From: Octopus vulgaris
Taxonomy: Eukaryota
Direction of reading: 5' to 3'
DNA length: 64,000 nucleotides
NCBI GenBank assembly: GCA_951406725.2
Contig: OX597814.1
Span: forward strand, 8,060,001-8,124,000
Part shown: in pieces, positions 1-11,899 of the stretch
How the letters are laid out: every line of letters begins with the position of its first letter
How positions within the stretch are numbered: position 1 is the stretch's first letter
Notes under the pieces: model-generated
What the model was told of the DNA's origin: nothing
What the model saw: the letters and a program-made list of their open reading frames with translations, nothing else
The model's database searches: none
Program-made: the position numbers and the translations under genes

Positions 1-615
1 TATCTACCAAGCAAATGTCCTTAAAGATGGATCTGACCCCTTGTGCAGAATTTGGAGGAAAATTCACAGAGACAATTGATCATGCTGTTTCTGGCTGCTC
101 AGTCCTCGGTGAAAAGGAGAACCCAATAAGACATGACAAACTAGGTCGGTACATGCACCGGAATGCTTCTAAAATACCTACAAAATTAAATCCCATGATA
201 AGTTGTACAAGCACCATCCAGAGGATGTAGTAAATGGCAAGGGCATCACCATTCTCTGGAACTTCCCTATACAAACAGACAGAAAAATTGACTCCAGTCG
301 ACCAGACATTGTGATCTAGGACAACAACAGAGGAACTTGTCTGTTAATAGATATGTCTGTCCCACAAGATCAAAATGTCTCAAGAAGAGAATACGAAAAG
401 CTTTCTCGCTATGAAGATCTGCAACTTGAAATCACAGAAATGTGGAAGCTTAGCCCTACGATAATACCAGTAGTATTTGGTGCATTGGGAATGATAAAGA
501 AGGGAGCTAAGAAATATATTAAGCAACTCTGGTAAGATCAATCTCCTTGAACTATAGAAGATAACCTTGATGGGTACAGCCCTTATACAACAGAAAGCAC
601 TTTCTGTCAAAAATG
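1..615 (+). mobile_element. 3' fragment of an R4/Dong-like non-LTR retrotransposon (restriction-like endonuclease type), degenerate
   Basis: Broken frames give the CCHC-knuckle region (ETIDHAVSGC..RHDKLGRYMH), ILWNFPIQTD, RPDIV, LLIDMSVP and EKLSRYEDL..IIPVVFGALG, typical of the PD-(D/E)xK C-terminus of R4-clade elements. Confidence 0.8.
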
Positions 616-682
616 GAATATATGTGGTGATAAGTTTAGTATGCCGAACAAAACAAAAGTGCCCTTACTAATCTTGGCCTCC

Positions 683-2105
683 ACTCGTGGCTCATGTTTC
701 ACAGTTGTGTAGCATGGTTGCTTACACACATGCGTCATACAGTCTACCTTTTACTCTGAGCGAGAGGCCCTTTGTTACCAGCAGAGGTAGGAGCTTTCTG
801 AACTTTGCCCAGGCTATTCTTATTCTATCAGCCAAACTCTCTAAGCATCCACCCCCAATACTGACTTGGTCACCTAGGTAGCGGAACCTATCAACTACTT
901 CTAGTTTCTACTCCTGGAGTGTGAGGGAATCTGTTTTCTGAACAGTGTTTATTGCCCCAGTGCATCTGATACACACAAAAACTATCTTCCCAGTTAAACT
1001 TCCTTTGATGTTGCTGCACCTCTAAAGTGTGTCCATAGCTTACACTGGGTACATCTTATGGAGTTTCTACCTAAACTTTTTCTACAGGGCCATCTACATG
1101 AAGGGATTTGTGATTTGTCTACCTTCCTACTTATTAAAACTTTGGTTTTTGCTAGATTGACACTAAGGCCCTTCGATTCTAGACCTTGCTTCCACACCTT
1201 AAACTTTGTCTCCAGTTCTGGCAGTGAGTTGGCTTGTAGAGCAAGGTCATCAGCATAGAAGAACTCCCAGGGGCAACTTGCCTTGAATTCCTCGTTATTG
1301 CCTGGAGGACTATAATGAATAAGAGAGGGCTGAGGACTGATGCTTGGTGAATCCCGACTTCTACTTGGAATTCTTCTATATACTCATTGCTAACCCTCAA
1401 ATTACTGACAGTATCCCTGTACAGGGCCTGTACAACTCTTACCAACCATTCATTTATCCCCAGTTTCTGTATTGACCACTAGATAAGGGATCGGGGAACC
1501 CTATCAAAAGCTTTCGTCAAATCAACAGAGGTTTATCTTTGGCTAGATATTTCTCCTGCAGCTGTCTTCCCAGAAATATAGCATCAGTGGTGCTTCTACC
1601 TGGCACAAAACCAAACTGTATCTTGTCTAAACTGACTCTCTCCCTAATTAGTTGGACTATGACCCTCTCTGTAACTTTCATCAACCGATCCAATAATTTG
1701 ATACCTCTGTAGTTATTTCTACCTAAAGCATCACCTTTACTTTTGTAGCAGTTGACTATGATGCTGCTACGCCAGTCAATGGGTATGACATCTTCATGAA
1801 CTACCTGATTTACAATATGGGTGACTAAACCATAACCTACACCACCAGATATTAGAAGCATCTCAGCAGTGATTCATGATGAGCCAGGTGCTTTTCCTGT
1901 CTTCATATCCTTAATTGCTTTATCTACCAGGGTACTGTTGATTTGGGTAGAAGGTCCCTCAACTGGGTCAACATTTGGCAGGCTCTCCTCCTCTCATTCA
2001 TTCTCCACATTCAGTAGTCTTTCATAATGGCATCTCCAAGCCTTTTTTTTTTGTTGCAGAATCATTAAATGCAAGGGCACCATCATCCATGCAGACACAT
2101 TCTCT
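683..2105 (-). mobile_element. RTE-clade LINE fragment (RT region), degenerate
   Basis: Minus ORFs give KGDALGRNNYRGIKLL, QFGFVPGRSTTDAIF, VGIHQASVLSPLLF and CTQCKLWTH; homologous to the RTE at 25465-29138. Confidence 0.9.
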
Positions 2106-2219
2106 CCTATATGTATGTGTATACATATATGTGCGCATGCGTGCGTGTGTGTTGAATAAAATGATAAGACAAAGCCAAGGCAGTGTGATATTTGTAGGAC
2201 ATTTATAAAGAGAAAGCGA

Positions 2220-2266
2220 GTCTAACAGCTGTTTCAGGGATTTGAAAATATCCCATCATCAGAGAC
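2220..2266 (-). ncRNA. Minimal type I hammerhead ribozyme motif in a Penelope-like 3' remnant
   Basis: Minus strand reads GTCT CTGATGA T GGGAT ATTTTCAA ATCCC T GAAA CAGCTG TT AGAC: stem I GTCT/AGAC, core CUGAUGA and GAAA, stem II GGGAT/ATCCC, palindromic stem III. Confidence 0.75.
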
Positions 2267-2863
2267 ATTATGAAAGAGTTTCAATAGAAGGAAATTGTAG
2301 AGTTTACTATATATATTGGATGTTAAAGTTGGTGTTCCATTATCCAAGGAATGTGCTTTGTAGAACGGGTAAAGGGGCTTCTTGTCTATGGTATGTAAAT
2401 TCCAAAAGCAGTTCATATTTTGTCATCACAAATGGAAAGTGTACAGATATTAATTCCATGTGCAGTTCATTCAAAAGGATATCATATGTATATATATATA
2501 TATATATTGATAAAACGGTAAGATAACAAAAGAAAGAAAGAGACCTCAATATTATGTAAATAGAGGAAATTTATCTATACAATAATATGTTACATTACTC
2601 GGTAGTCAAGATAAAACTCTGAGTTTCAGATGCCGAAGTGGAAATCCACAACACCATCTCTTCGGTTATCTGGCTATTTGAAAACGCTATGAAAAAATAC
2701 CGTTAAATAAAGGGAAATTACTGTGTTATAACTCTGCTTGCCTGCGTACTTATACATCGCTCGCATTTTTTGTCATAAAAATTATATAAAAATACATAAA
2801 AAATATATAAAAATATATAAAAATATATAAAATCTTCTTGGGACATAACATAGAAAGCATGTT

Positions 2864-4654
2864 CTATCTGTTTTCTTTAGGGGACCAAAAACGTAACAGA
2901 AATTTAGTCACATGTGGGCATGATCCGAAAAGTTCTGTCCTTGTATTTAGACATGTAGTAGGGTCTAAGCTGCTTTTCCAGATAAGCCATCTCTCCATGT
3001 CGCATAGACCGCACCTTCCGCTGCCGTTGGTATAGGGCTTACATCTGGCCAAAATCTTCCAATGTATGTTATAATCGATACCTTTATCTCTTAAAGACCA
3101 AATATGATTAGATAAAGTGTGGTTATTGAACCTGGCCTTGAAGTTACCCTCTGTAAGGCCCACGTATTTCTTCGTCAAAACGGTGTCTTTAGTGGTTATA
3201 GAGTTTACGGTAGCTTCATATATGATGGTCTTGGACATGCAAGCTCCATTTAGCGGGCACAATTCTTTATTCCTGCATGAACAGCTGTTTTCTTGTTGTG
3301 TTTTTTGTATGTTATGTTTGATTATGTTTTTAAAATTGGTAGTTGAACTAAAACTAATTTTTAAATTGTGTCTATTGAAGAGTTTCCTATAAGTATGGTT
3401 AACTGGAAAATGTCTATCTATCAGTGCTAGGAAATATTTACCTATATTGAAGGCCACCTCGGGTGAGTAAGGGGGCGTAAACCAGATGACCTTCCTATTT
3501 CTATTATTCCTTTTCCTTACTGTTGGGTTAGTGATAGGTGTATATTTTATTTTTTCGCTAAAACCACTATCTTTTAAAGCCTTATTATAAACTGGGGCAA
3601 TGCTATTGAAGATGTCCTTATCAGAGGAGAGGCTAGAAATCCTCTTACTAATATTTTTAACTAAATTTTTGAATACTATAGGGGGATGGCATGAACCTAC
3701 ATTAATATAACTTAGTCTATCATTGGGCTTCCTATAAGGCTTATAAATATTCTTATTAAGATCTAAGGAAACGTCTAAGAAATTGACAACCGTCAGGTTA
3801 GTATCTATAGTTATACTAAGTCCGAAGTATTTCATTAACTGGATAATATCCTTCCTAAAACGATCTTGTGCTGGTCCATTTGTATTAGCTGTTAAGGTGA
3901 GGGCATCATCTTTGTAGATGGTGAAATGTATGTTAGGGAATGTCTTACCTAAGGTATCTAGGAGAAAAAGTCCAATTAGATCACAGATGCCTGCCCCATC
4001 ATATGAACCCATGCTCACATCGAAAGCACCCTCTGTGTCGGTGTTTTTTACCCACTGAAAAGTAATGTCTTTCTAGCATGGAAGATTATGTCCTTATCAT
4101 TGGTACTAATTTCTATGAAGTCACTAGCGAAGATGAGGGCTTTATCTAGCAGTTCTTTAGAGATAGAGGCATAAAAATCAACAATATCGAATTGTGTAAA
4201 CCTCGCTTTTTTCTTATTCTTAATAGCTTTAAACCAGTCTACGACTTCTATACTATTGGACCATTTTACTAGCCTAGTATCGGTCTTAATTTTCGTATTT
4301 ATTTTATCTAAAATTTCTTGACTAATAATCCCTAGTTCTGACTTGGCTGGGTTGATAAGCCTACATTTCGGGTTGGAAAGGAAGTTTTCTTTGTGATCTT
4401 TAATAGTAATAAAGGCCTCTCTTTGGGGGAGGGCTTCTATTTTTTTTATCTAATTTAAGTTTAGCGGCGATGACGCTAGCTTCTTTATTAATTTCGTTAT
4501 ATGTCTGTGCCCTAGCCTTAGTATAATTATTAATGATGCTGTTGTGTAAGAGTTGTGTGTATTTGCTGTTATCTACCAGGTATAAGTTTTTAGTCTTGTC
4601 CGAAAAAAGTGCTTTTTTCTTGGAGCTTTTTATATGTTTAATATCTTTTTTCAA
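2864..4654 (-). pseudogene. Penelope RT/GIY-YIG polyprotein, frameshifted
   Basis: ORFs 4400-4654 and 2864-4018 plus intervening RT motifs (KCRLINPAKSELG, FTQFDIVDFYASIS) in shifted frames. Confidence 0.85.
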
Positions 4655-5504
4655 TTTATGTTGGAAATCGTTAAAAGACTTACGCCCCCTTACTCGTAAA
4701 TATTTCCTAGCGCTGATAGATAGACATTTTCCAGTTAACCATACTTATAGGAAACTCTTCAATAGACACAATTTAAAAATTAGTTTTAGTTCAACTACCA
4801 ATTTTAAAAACATAATCAAACATAACATACAAAAAACACAACAAGAAAACAGCTGTTCATGCAGGAATAAAGAATTGTGCCCGCTAAATGGAGCTTGCAT
4901 GTCCAAGACCATCATATATGAAGCTACCGTAAACTCTATAACCACTAAAGACACCGTTTCGACGAAGAAATACGTGGGCCTTACAGAGGGTAATTTCAAG
5001 GCCAGGTTCAATAACCACACTTTGAGCTTTAGGCACTGGAACAAAAGAAAAGCGACACAATTATCTAATCATATTTGGTCTTTAAGAGATAAAGGTGTCG
5101 ATTATAACATACAATGGAAGATTTTGGCCAGATGTAAGCCCTATACCAACGGCAGCGGAAGGTGCGGTCTATGCGACATGGAGAGATGGCTTATCTGGAA
5201 AAGCAGCTTAGACCCTACTACATGTCTAAATACAAGGACAGAGCTTTTCGGATCATGCCCACATGTGACTAAATTTCTGTTACATTTTTGATCCCCTAAA
5301 GAAAACAGATAGAACATGCTTTCTATGTTATGTCCCAAGAAGATTTTATATATTTTTATATATTTTTATATATTTTTTATGTATTTTTATATAATTTTTA
5401 TGACAAAAAATGCGAGCGATGTATAAGTACGCAGGCAAGCAGAGTTATAACACAGTAATTTCCCTTAGTATAACGGTATTTTTTCATAGCGTTTTCAAAT
5501 AGCC

Positions 5505-5567
5505 AGATAACCGAAGAGATGGTGTTGTGGATTTCCACTTCGGCATCTGAAACTCAGAGTTTTATCT
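5505..5567 (+). ncRNA. Variant hammerhead-like motif in Penelope 3' UTR (mirror copy at 2609-2671 on minus)
   Basis: AGATAA CCGAAGA GATG..GTGG ATTT CCAC..CATC T GAAA CTC A GAG TT TTATCT: stem I AGATAA/TTATCT, core with U4>C, near-palindromic stem III. Confidence 0.55.
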
Positions 5568-5667
5568 TGACTATTGAGTAATGTAACATATTATTGTATA
5601 GATATATATATATATATAGATATATATATATATATGGATATATATATGTATATATATAGATATATAG

Positions 5668-5704
<37 letters not shown>

Positions 5705-6369
5705 TGTGTGTACACATTTAGTGCATTTTAAAACCTTTCTTGTAAATTTTCTTTCATGTATACATCACTCATATGGCAGTGTTGTCTGCTTCACACAATT
5801 TACCTGCTTACCACATCACATGACTCAGGCTGATGGTCATGTGATAAGTAATTTCTAACAGGGTAACCTGTTCAAGGAAAGAAACTTGGTTGTTCAGTTG
5901 AAGAAGGCTTCCAGAGCTAAATGGCCTCTCGTAAATACTTTAGAGTCAGGCAACGCTATAACTCTTGGTTCAACATTATTAGACATAAGAAAATAAAACA
6001 CTTATTTCAAGAAATTTCTCTCTAAAGAATGATTAGTAGAAAATGTAAATCATCATCATCATCGTCATTTAACATCCACTTTCCATGCTGGTACAAACCC
6101 AAACTGCATCGCGTCTAAACTAACTCTCTCCCTAATTATTTGGGCTATGACCCTCTCCATGACTTTCATAACCTGATCCAACAATTTGATCACTCTCCAA
6201 TGTCTATTTTTTTGTTTTGGACAATTTATAACTTTGTATTAATTAGAATATGAACAATAGTCATGTTTACAATGTCTCAGATAAATAATTATAATTAGCC
6301 TTCGTTATTTATACAAGACAGGATTCACAGAGTGAGACAAGAGTATTTTATCAACTGCAATAAATTAAA

Positions 6370-6785
6370 CATCATCATCATCCTTGTTTTCACATCCATT
6401 GTTCCCTGCTTGCATGGGTCAGATTAGTTTATTGAGGCAGACTTTCTATAGCTGGATGCTCTTCCTGATGCTGACCCTCACCTGTTTCCAAGCAAGGTAA
6501 TATTTCCCCCTGGCCAGACATGGTTTCCACAGAAGACAGGAAACAAACAACCTCACCTGTATGCTGGGGATGCTCGTTTACAGCCATCACATGATGTCAA
6601 GACAAGAGTACAAACACACACAGTACATATATGAGGGGCCCTTGTATCAGTTTCCATCTCCCAAACCAGTTGACAAGGCTTTGGTTGACTCAGGGCCATA
6701 CTAGAAGTTATTTTCTTGAGTTGCCTTACATTGGGAATCAACATGGTTAGAAATGAATCTTTTTAACCACAAATCCATGGCTGTG
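6370..6785 (-). mobile_element. SINE-like element with RTE-type (GAT)n tail
   Basis: catcatcatcatc tail, motif ctggatgctcttcctgatgc shared with RTE 3' ends, and a SINE-head-like part (cagtttccatct..caaggctttggttg) shared with 18700-18840, 36055-36205 and 56525-56640. Confidence 0.6.
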
Positions 6786-6907
6786 CCCATAAACCAATAA
6801 TAGGAATCAGATAAAAGTTGACTGAAGGAGGAGGAAAAATCTTAATTAACACCTGAAATAAATCATTTAAATTTTCACTAAAATATCAAACAAATAACAA
6901 GTCCTAC

Positions 6908-7087
6908 CTCTGCTTTTACTGATTCCAAACACCGTTTCTAGATGATGCCTAAAAGCTCTGATTACTTCCTTCTGTACATCAATCAGACAAATATGTTTTA
7001 TTTTAGAATTTGTTTGAGTATCAAGATATTCCTTTATAGCTGTTACTGTACATTTGGTTCCTTCTTCTATGGGTATACCAAAAATAC
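6908..7087 (-). CDS. Exon of PARP14/PARP9-like macrodomain gene (C-terminal part of macrodomain)
   Basis: tttattacag|GT ATT TTT GGT ... AGC AGA G|gtagg, 180 bp, phase 1-1. Encodes (G)IFGIPIEEGTKCTVTAIKEYL..IKHICLIDVQKEVIRAF and completes the AISTGIFG motif. Confidence 0.9.
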
Positions 7088-7389
7088 CTGTAATAAATAA
7101 AGTATACAACACATTTAATCCAACAAATGTTCTTACACAAAATATATATAATTAACCTGTGATATAATTTCAGTAATTTATCAGCTGCAATACCAAGAAA
7201 CAATACAATTCCATCATTTAGAAGAAGATTCTTTAATAGACAGGGGAACTTTCTAGGTGCAATACCATGGCCATTCATGACCGAGGGGGAGGGTCTTTAC
7301 CCCCATTAATATACAATGGTATTTAATAAGAACTAAGTTTGTCTCTCTCTTGGTGAACAGATTTCTTTTCTTTGTTGTTTGTTCAGTTA

Positions 7390-7443
<54 letters not shown>
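7390..7443. repeat. (AAT)n microsatellite
   Basis: About 18 perfect AAT units. Confidence 0.95.
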
Positions 7444-7789
7444 CATCTTTACCATGCTTCAGGTGGAATTGGTTGAGGCAAATCTTCTATGTCTAGGTAA
7501 CATTCCTATCACCCACCCCAACACCAAGGAAGCTAGACATGTTTTCCTTGTAGACTGGAAATGGGCGACACTGCTTGTATGATGGTGATCCTTGTTTACA
7601 AATATCATGTGATTTAAAGACAAACAGATACTAACACAGTCACACACGCACACATAGACACACACACACATATATATGGACATATGTATGTATACACACA
7701 CACACACATATGAACATATACATATGTACACACATATAACCATATATATATGTATTTATGTACGTACAAAGAGATACATACACGCATAC

Positions 7790-9480
7790 ACAGGGTTTAG
7801 TTTACTGATGACCTAAACCGTTAGGTATGCTGTATAAGTGCTATAATTGGTCATCCGTTAGGTTCCAAGCTCACGATTGAGGCTGGAACTAGGGATCACT
7901 AGGAGGTTTCTGAGTCAGCAGGTGTATATCAAAGGGAAATGGACCACAAAACAAAACCAAGGCAGGACAAGTATCTTGGGGCATTTAAGAATATCTAATT
8001 AAGGTGAATCAAAAATGAAGAAGTATCAGTAATTAATGTCTTACAGCTGTTTCTGGGCTATATGCCAGGTGATGGGTTAACATTCCCATACACTGGGTAT
8101 GCCATCATCAGAGACATGGTGTGTTTGTAGAAAAGTTCCCCACAGAGAATTCACAGTGTATAGAAGATTAAAGATAGAATAAGAGGAATAAAGTTCACAG
8201 TTCATCTTATTCCAAAGGGTATGGGGTTAACCTGTATTTCCATGAAGGTATAACCCCTAAAGTATAATCCCAGGTAAATTCAAGCACTGTTTAGAATGTT
8301 GCTTTCCTATTGAAGGAATAGATCAAGTAGCAAATTAGAAAGGAAAATGGTTCACATGCAAATATAATGTGAGAGAAACAGATGTCATGAAGGATGGATC
8401 AGAGAGAGGGAGGGAAAGAGTGAGAGAGAGAAATAGAGAGAGAAAGAGAGAGGGAGAGAGAGAGAGGTAGCTGAGAGTGAGTGAAAAGAAGAAACAAAAG
8501 AAAGAGAGAATAGTAGAAATGAAGATAAATATAAGAATGGAGAAATTGTAAAGAGAATGTAGAAGGAAACAAAAGGAAGGATGAAATAAAAAGCATCATT
8601 GGGGGGTGAGAGGTCAGAAGTTAAGGTTTTGTTAAAGTGGCAGAGGGCATTTATGGCTATTAAAGGATAATTAAATAGATAGATGAATTCTAGGTTCACC
8701 TTGGTCACAGTGGTTGGTAGTAAAGGGAGTTAAGATACTAGAAATAGATGCCTAACTTAAGGAGAGGGAATATATTTAAAGTTAAAAGTAAAAATTAAGA
8801 TGAAAGACTAAAAATTAACAATTAAAAGATTATTGCAGCTAGATGGATATGTTGAGTTAATAGGTATTGATAAATGAAGGAAATGCATGTGTATATTGTT
8901 ATGACTGTGAATGTAGAGGTGGAGGTGTCATGAGAGTTGATTTTGCTTGCATTTGGATCTGTGGAAGAACCTGAAGGTATGATAGAACTTGTGTTTGTAT
9001 GAAGAGAATGCTTCATGCTATCTGCTAAGGAATTGTGGTGACTCGTTAATTAATATTTGAAGGGCTTCTTTAAGGCAAAAGCCATATGTAGAGCAGTCCT
9101 TGGTATGTAACACCAGAATCTATTGTGGCCCAGGTTATACTATATAGTAATTTCTAACATTTTAAGTGATGCATATGGTTAGTTAGGGACGTGGATTTGC
9201 TATGCTCCACATATTTAAAAGAATTTAGATGTGCAGAATATCTCTGCTTAAAATTAATTGTAGACCTGGTGTAATGACTAGTAAAATTGTGTAGTATGTT
9301 GAGTACAGTGCATTTATACACATTGTTAAACCTTCTGCAATGGGCATTCACTCTAGATTGGTAGTTGCAGCTGAATCTATCTGTCCTATGCGGGTTAGCT
9401 GTGGATAGTCATGATGTAGGACTAATTGAGGGAAGGTGGAAATCTAGGGTAGTATTTACGGTTTGGCTCGTATTATTATC
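7790..9480 (-). mobile_element. Degenerate Penelope-like element 3' half (GIY-YIG remnant, CT-rich UTR, hammerhead)
   Basis: Minus ORF 9154-9351 has YTRSTINFKQRYSAHLNSFKY..STSLTNH, resembling the GIY-YIG of the Penelope at 2864-4018; a hammerhead lies downstream. Confidence 0.65.
8036..8117 (-). ncRNA. Type I hammerhead ribozyme motif with intact core
   Basis: Minus strand reads ATGTCT CTGATGA TGGC-(long hairpin with CCAG/CTGG and ATGGG/CCCAT)-GCCCA GAAA CAGCTG TA AGACAT: 6-bp stem I, GUA cleavage triplet, palindromic stem III. Confidence 0.82.
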
Positions 9481-9607
9481 ATTATTAATATTAATATAAA
9501 ACACTATCACTATTACTATCAGAATCAATATTACCATTATTTCTATTCCTATCACCACTATTATTACTGCTACTATTATCATCATCATCATCATTATTAT
9601 TCATATA

Positions 9608-10897
9608 CGAGGGACGTTCAATAAGTAATGCCCCTGACCCACTTGCAGTTGTTTGATCTAGCTGAAATTTTGCATGTGCAATCATTTATATCTCTATAGA
9701 GTAAGTGGCAAATTACAGCTCTGAATTAATTGTGGTTTCTGATTTACAGGTGTTTGAACCGAGTCAAGTGTGAAATGGAGCCTGTTGAGTGTCAAGCAGT
9801 GATCCGGTTTTTGTATTTGAAAGGACGCACACCACGGGAGACTTTTGATGAAATGAAAGTAACTTATGGTGATGATGCCCCATCATATGACCTTGTAAAA
9901 CGCTGGCATCGTGAATTCAAACATGGTCGGAACTCTGTGGAAACAGCTCCCAGATCTGGTCGCCCCCTTCTGCCATTGATGAGGCATCTGTCCGTCAAGT
10001 TGAGGCTGCCATTTTGGAAGATCGACGCATAATTATTCGCCAAATAGCCCATGAGGTCAAGATTAGTACCGAGTCTGTGGAAACTATCATTCATGACCAT
10101 TTGCATATGCAAAAGGTGTCTGCCAGATGGATTCCCAGGCTGCTCACGCCTTTCCAGAAGCAAGAACGCGTCGAGTGCTCGAGGGTGAATTTGGAGATAT
10201 GCCAAGAAGACGAGTCAAAATTTTTCAAAAGACTGATTACACAGGATGAAACCTGGGTCCATCACGATGATCCAGAGACCAAATCCCAGTCAATGCAGTG
10301 GAAGCACCGTGACTCACCCCCTCCAAAGAAGGCAAGGGTGCAGCCCTCCGCTGGCAAGGTCATGCTCATAGTCTTCTGGGACCAAGACGGAGAAGTGATG
10401 ACAGATTTCCTGGCAAAGAGTACCACAATTGCAGGAGCCTATTATGCTTCACTTTTGAGGAAATTAAGAGAAGTTATCAAAATCAAGAGGCGGGGCAAGA
10501 TCAGCAAAGGCATCCTCCTCCTGCAGGACAACGCTCCGGTCCACAACTCGCTTGTCGCCAGATGAGAAGCACAGGCGTATGGCTATGAACTCCTCCCCAT
10601 CCCCCTACTTTCCTGACCTTGCACCCTCTGATTTTCACCTCTTCCCAATCATGAAGTTGTTTTTGAAAGGAAAGCGTTTCCCAGATGATGCAGCCTTGAT
10701 TTCTGAAGTCACGTTGAGGTTGGAGGACCAAGCTGGGTTCTTCTACAAAAACGGTCTCCAGAGCCGCATCAAACGATGGGAGAAATGCGTAACTCTGGGT
10801 GGTTCCTATGTAGAAAAAAACTAATAACTGTGCCAAGTTTCGTTGCTCTACTGCTATGGGAAGTGGGTCAGGGGCATTACTTATTGAACGCCCCTCG
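9608..10897 (+). mobile_element. Full-length mariner (DD34D) transposon, 1290 bp, probably irritans-type
   Basis: TIR CGAGGGACGTTCAATAAGTAATGCCCCTGACCCACTT with its inverted copy at 10861-10897; TA duplications at 9606-9607 and 10898-10899. Confidence 0.95.
9775..10824 (+). pseudogene. Mariner transposase with frameshifts
   Basis: MEPVECQAVIRFL..RSGRP / WIPRLL, ITQDETW, LQDNA / PDLAPSDF, split over three ORFs. Confidence 0.9.
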
Positions 10898-10959
10898 TAT
10901 GTACAACAGATTAGACTGTTGGAAAGAAAACTTCCTAACATCAGGCTACAACAGAGTAA

Positions 10960-11890
10960 CCTCAGATGCCAAGAACCCTCCTAAGCATCCAAGCTGTCCC
11001 TAATAACACTGTTTTCTGGAGCTGTACTAAATTATGTGTTATGCCTATTTCCTCTATCCATCTGTTCGAATCTTTAGCGATAGTTCCCAATGCACCTATA
11101 ACTACTGGAATAGATTTTACCCGCACTTTCCATAGTCTCTGTAATTCAGTGGTTGGGTCCTGGTACTTTGCTATTTTTTTCTAAACCATTTATATTGACT
11201 TTCTCATCATTTGGGACTGTAAAGTCAATTATCTGGCACTTTCTATTCTCTTTGTCTACTACTACTAAACCAGGCCTTCTAGCTTCTATTACTCTCTCAG
11301 TCTGAATGTTAAACTCCCACAACATCTTTTATTTCTTACTTTCTAGTACCTTTATTAGGTTCATCTTCATATTATTAGTATAGTCAAATCTTAGCTTTCT
11401 ACATACCTCCCTGTGGATTACTTTCCCTAGGTTATCATGTCTTTTCTTCTATTCTTTCTTTGCCATCATGTTACATTCACTTACTATATGAGTAACATTT
11501 TTCTCTTTTGATTTGCATAATCTACACTGGGAATCTACTTGGTTATTATGTATCTTGGCCTTTATCCAATTAGTCCTTAATGCATGGTCTTATGCAGCTA
11601 CTAACAATTTGCTGAAATTATCTTTGGGAAATACCATGCAAAGCCTTCTCCTGCCAGTTCTTTTTTCTGGTTTTTAACTTTGTTTGGGTTTTTGCTTTCC
11701 TTATGTCTTGCTGTGACTCTAGCAACTTTTAATAAACTTCCTTCACTATTACCTACATAAGAGTCTATACCTATTCTAGAAAAATCCATGCAGTCTTCTA
11801 CTGATATTAAGCTTCTTCCATCTTCTTTTCTAGGTAAGTATAATCTTGCTACTCCTGCACTTGGGTGGAATCCTCAATTCATATTCAATG
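10960..11890 (-). mobile_element. R4/Dong-like LINE 3' fragment
   Basis: Minus frames give CRLCKSK, RPGLVVVDKEN, IIDFTVP, AKYQD and SIPVVIGALGTI (REL domain). Confidence 0.75.
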
Positions 11891-11899
11891 CCTTTGTTT

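Larger units (their letters stand above)
2507..5603 (-). mobile_element. Penelope-like retroelement (RT + GIY-YIG), 5'-truncated, with an inverted copy of its 3' ~920 bp
   Basis: Minus ORF has MGSYDGA, YKDD, NFLDV, YRKPND and GIY-YIG IIYEA..YVGLTEGNFKARFNNH. Segment 4680-5603 is the reverse complement of ~2572-3480. TA runs flank both ends. Confidence 0.92.

Noticed and set aside
4533-5291. Stand-alone GIY-YIG nuclease gene
   Set aside because: It is the inverted Penelope arm fused to antisense RT sequence.
5800-5990. Next exon of the macrodomain gene
   Set aside because: The phase-1 frame after the candidate AG stops within ~23 codons and shows no recognisable domain motif.
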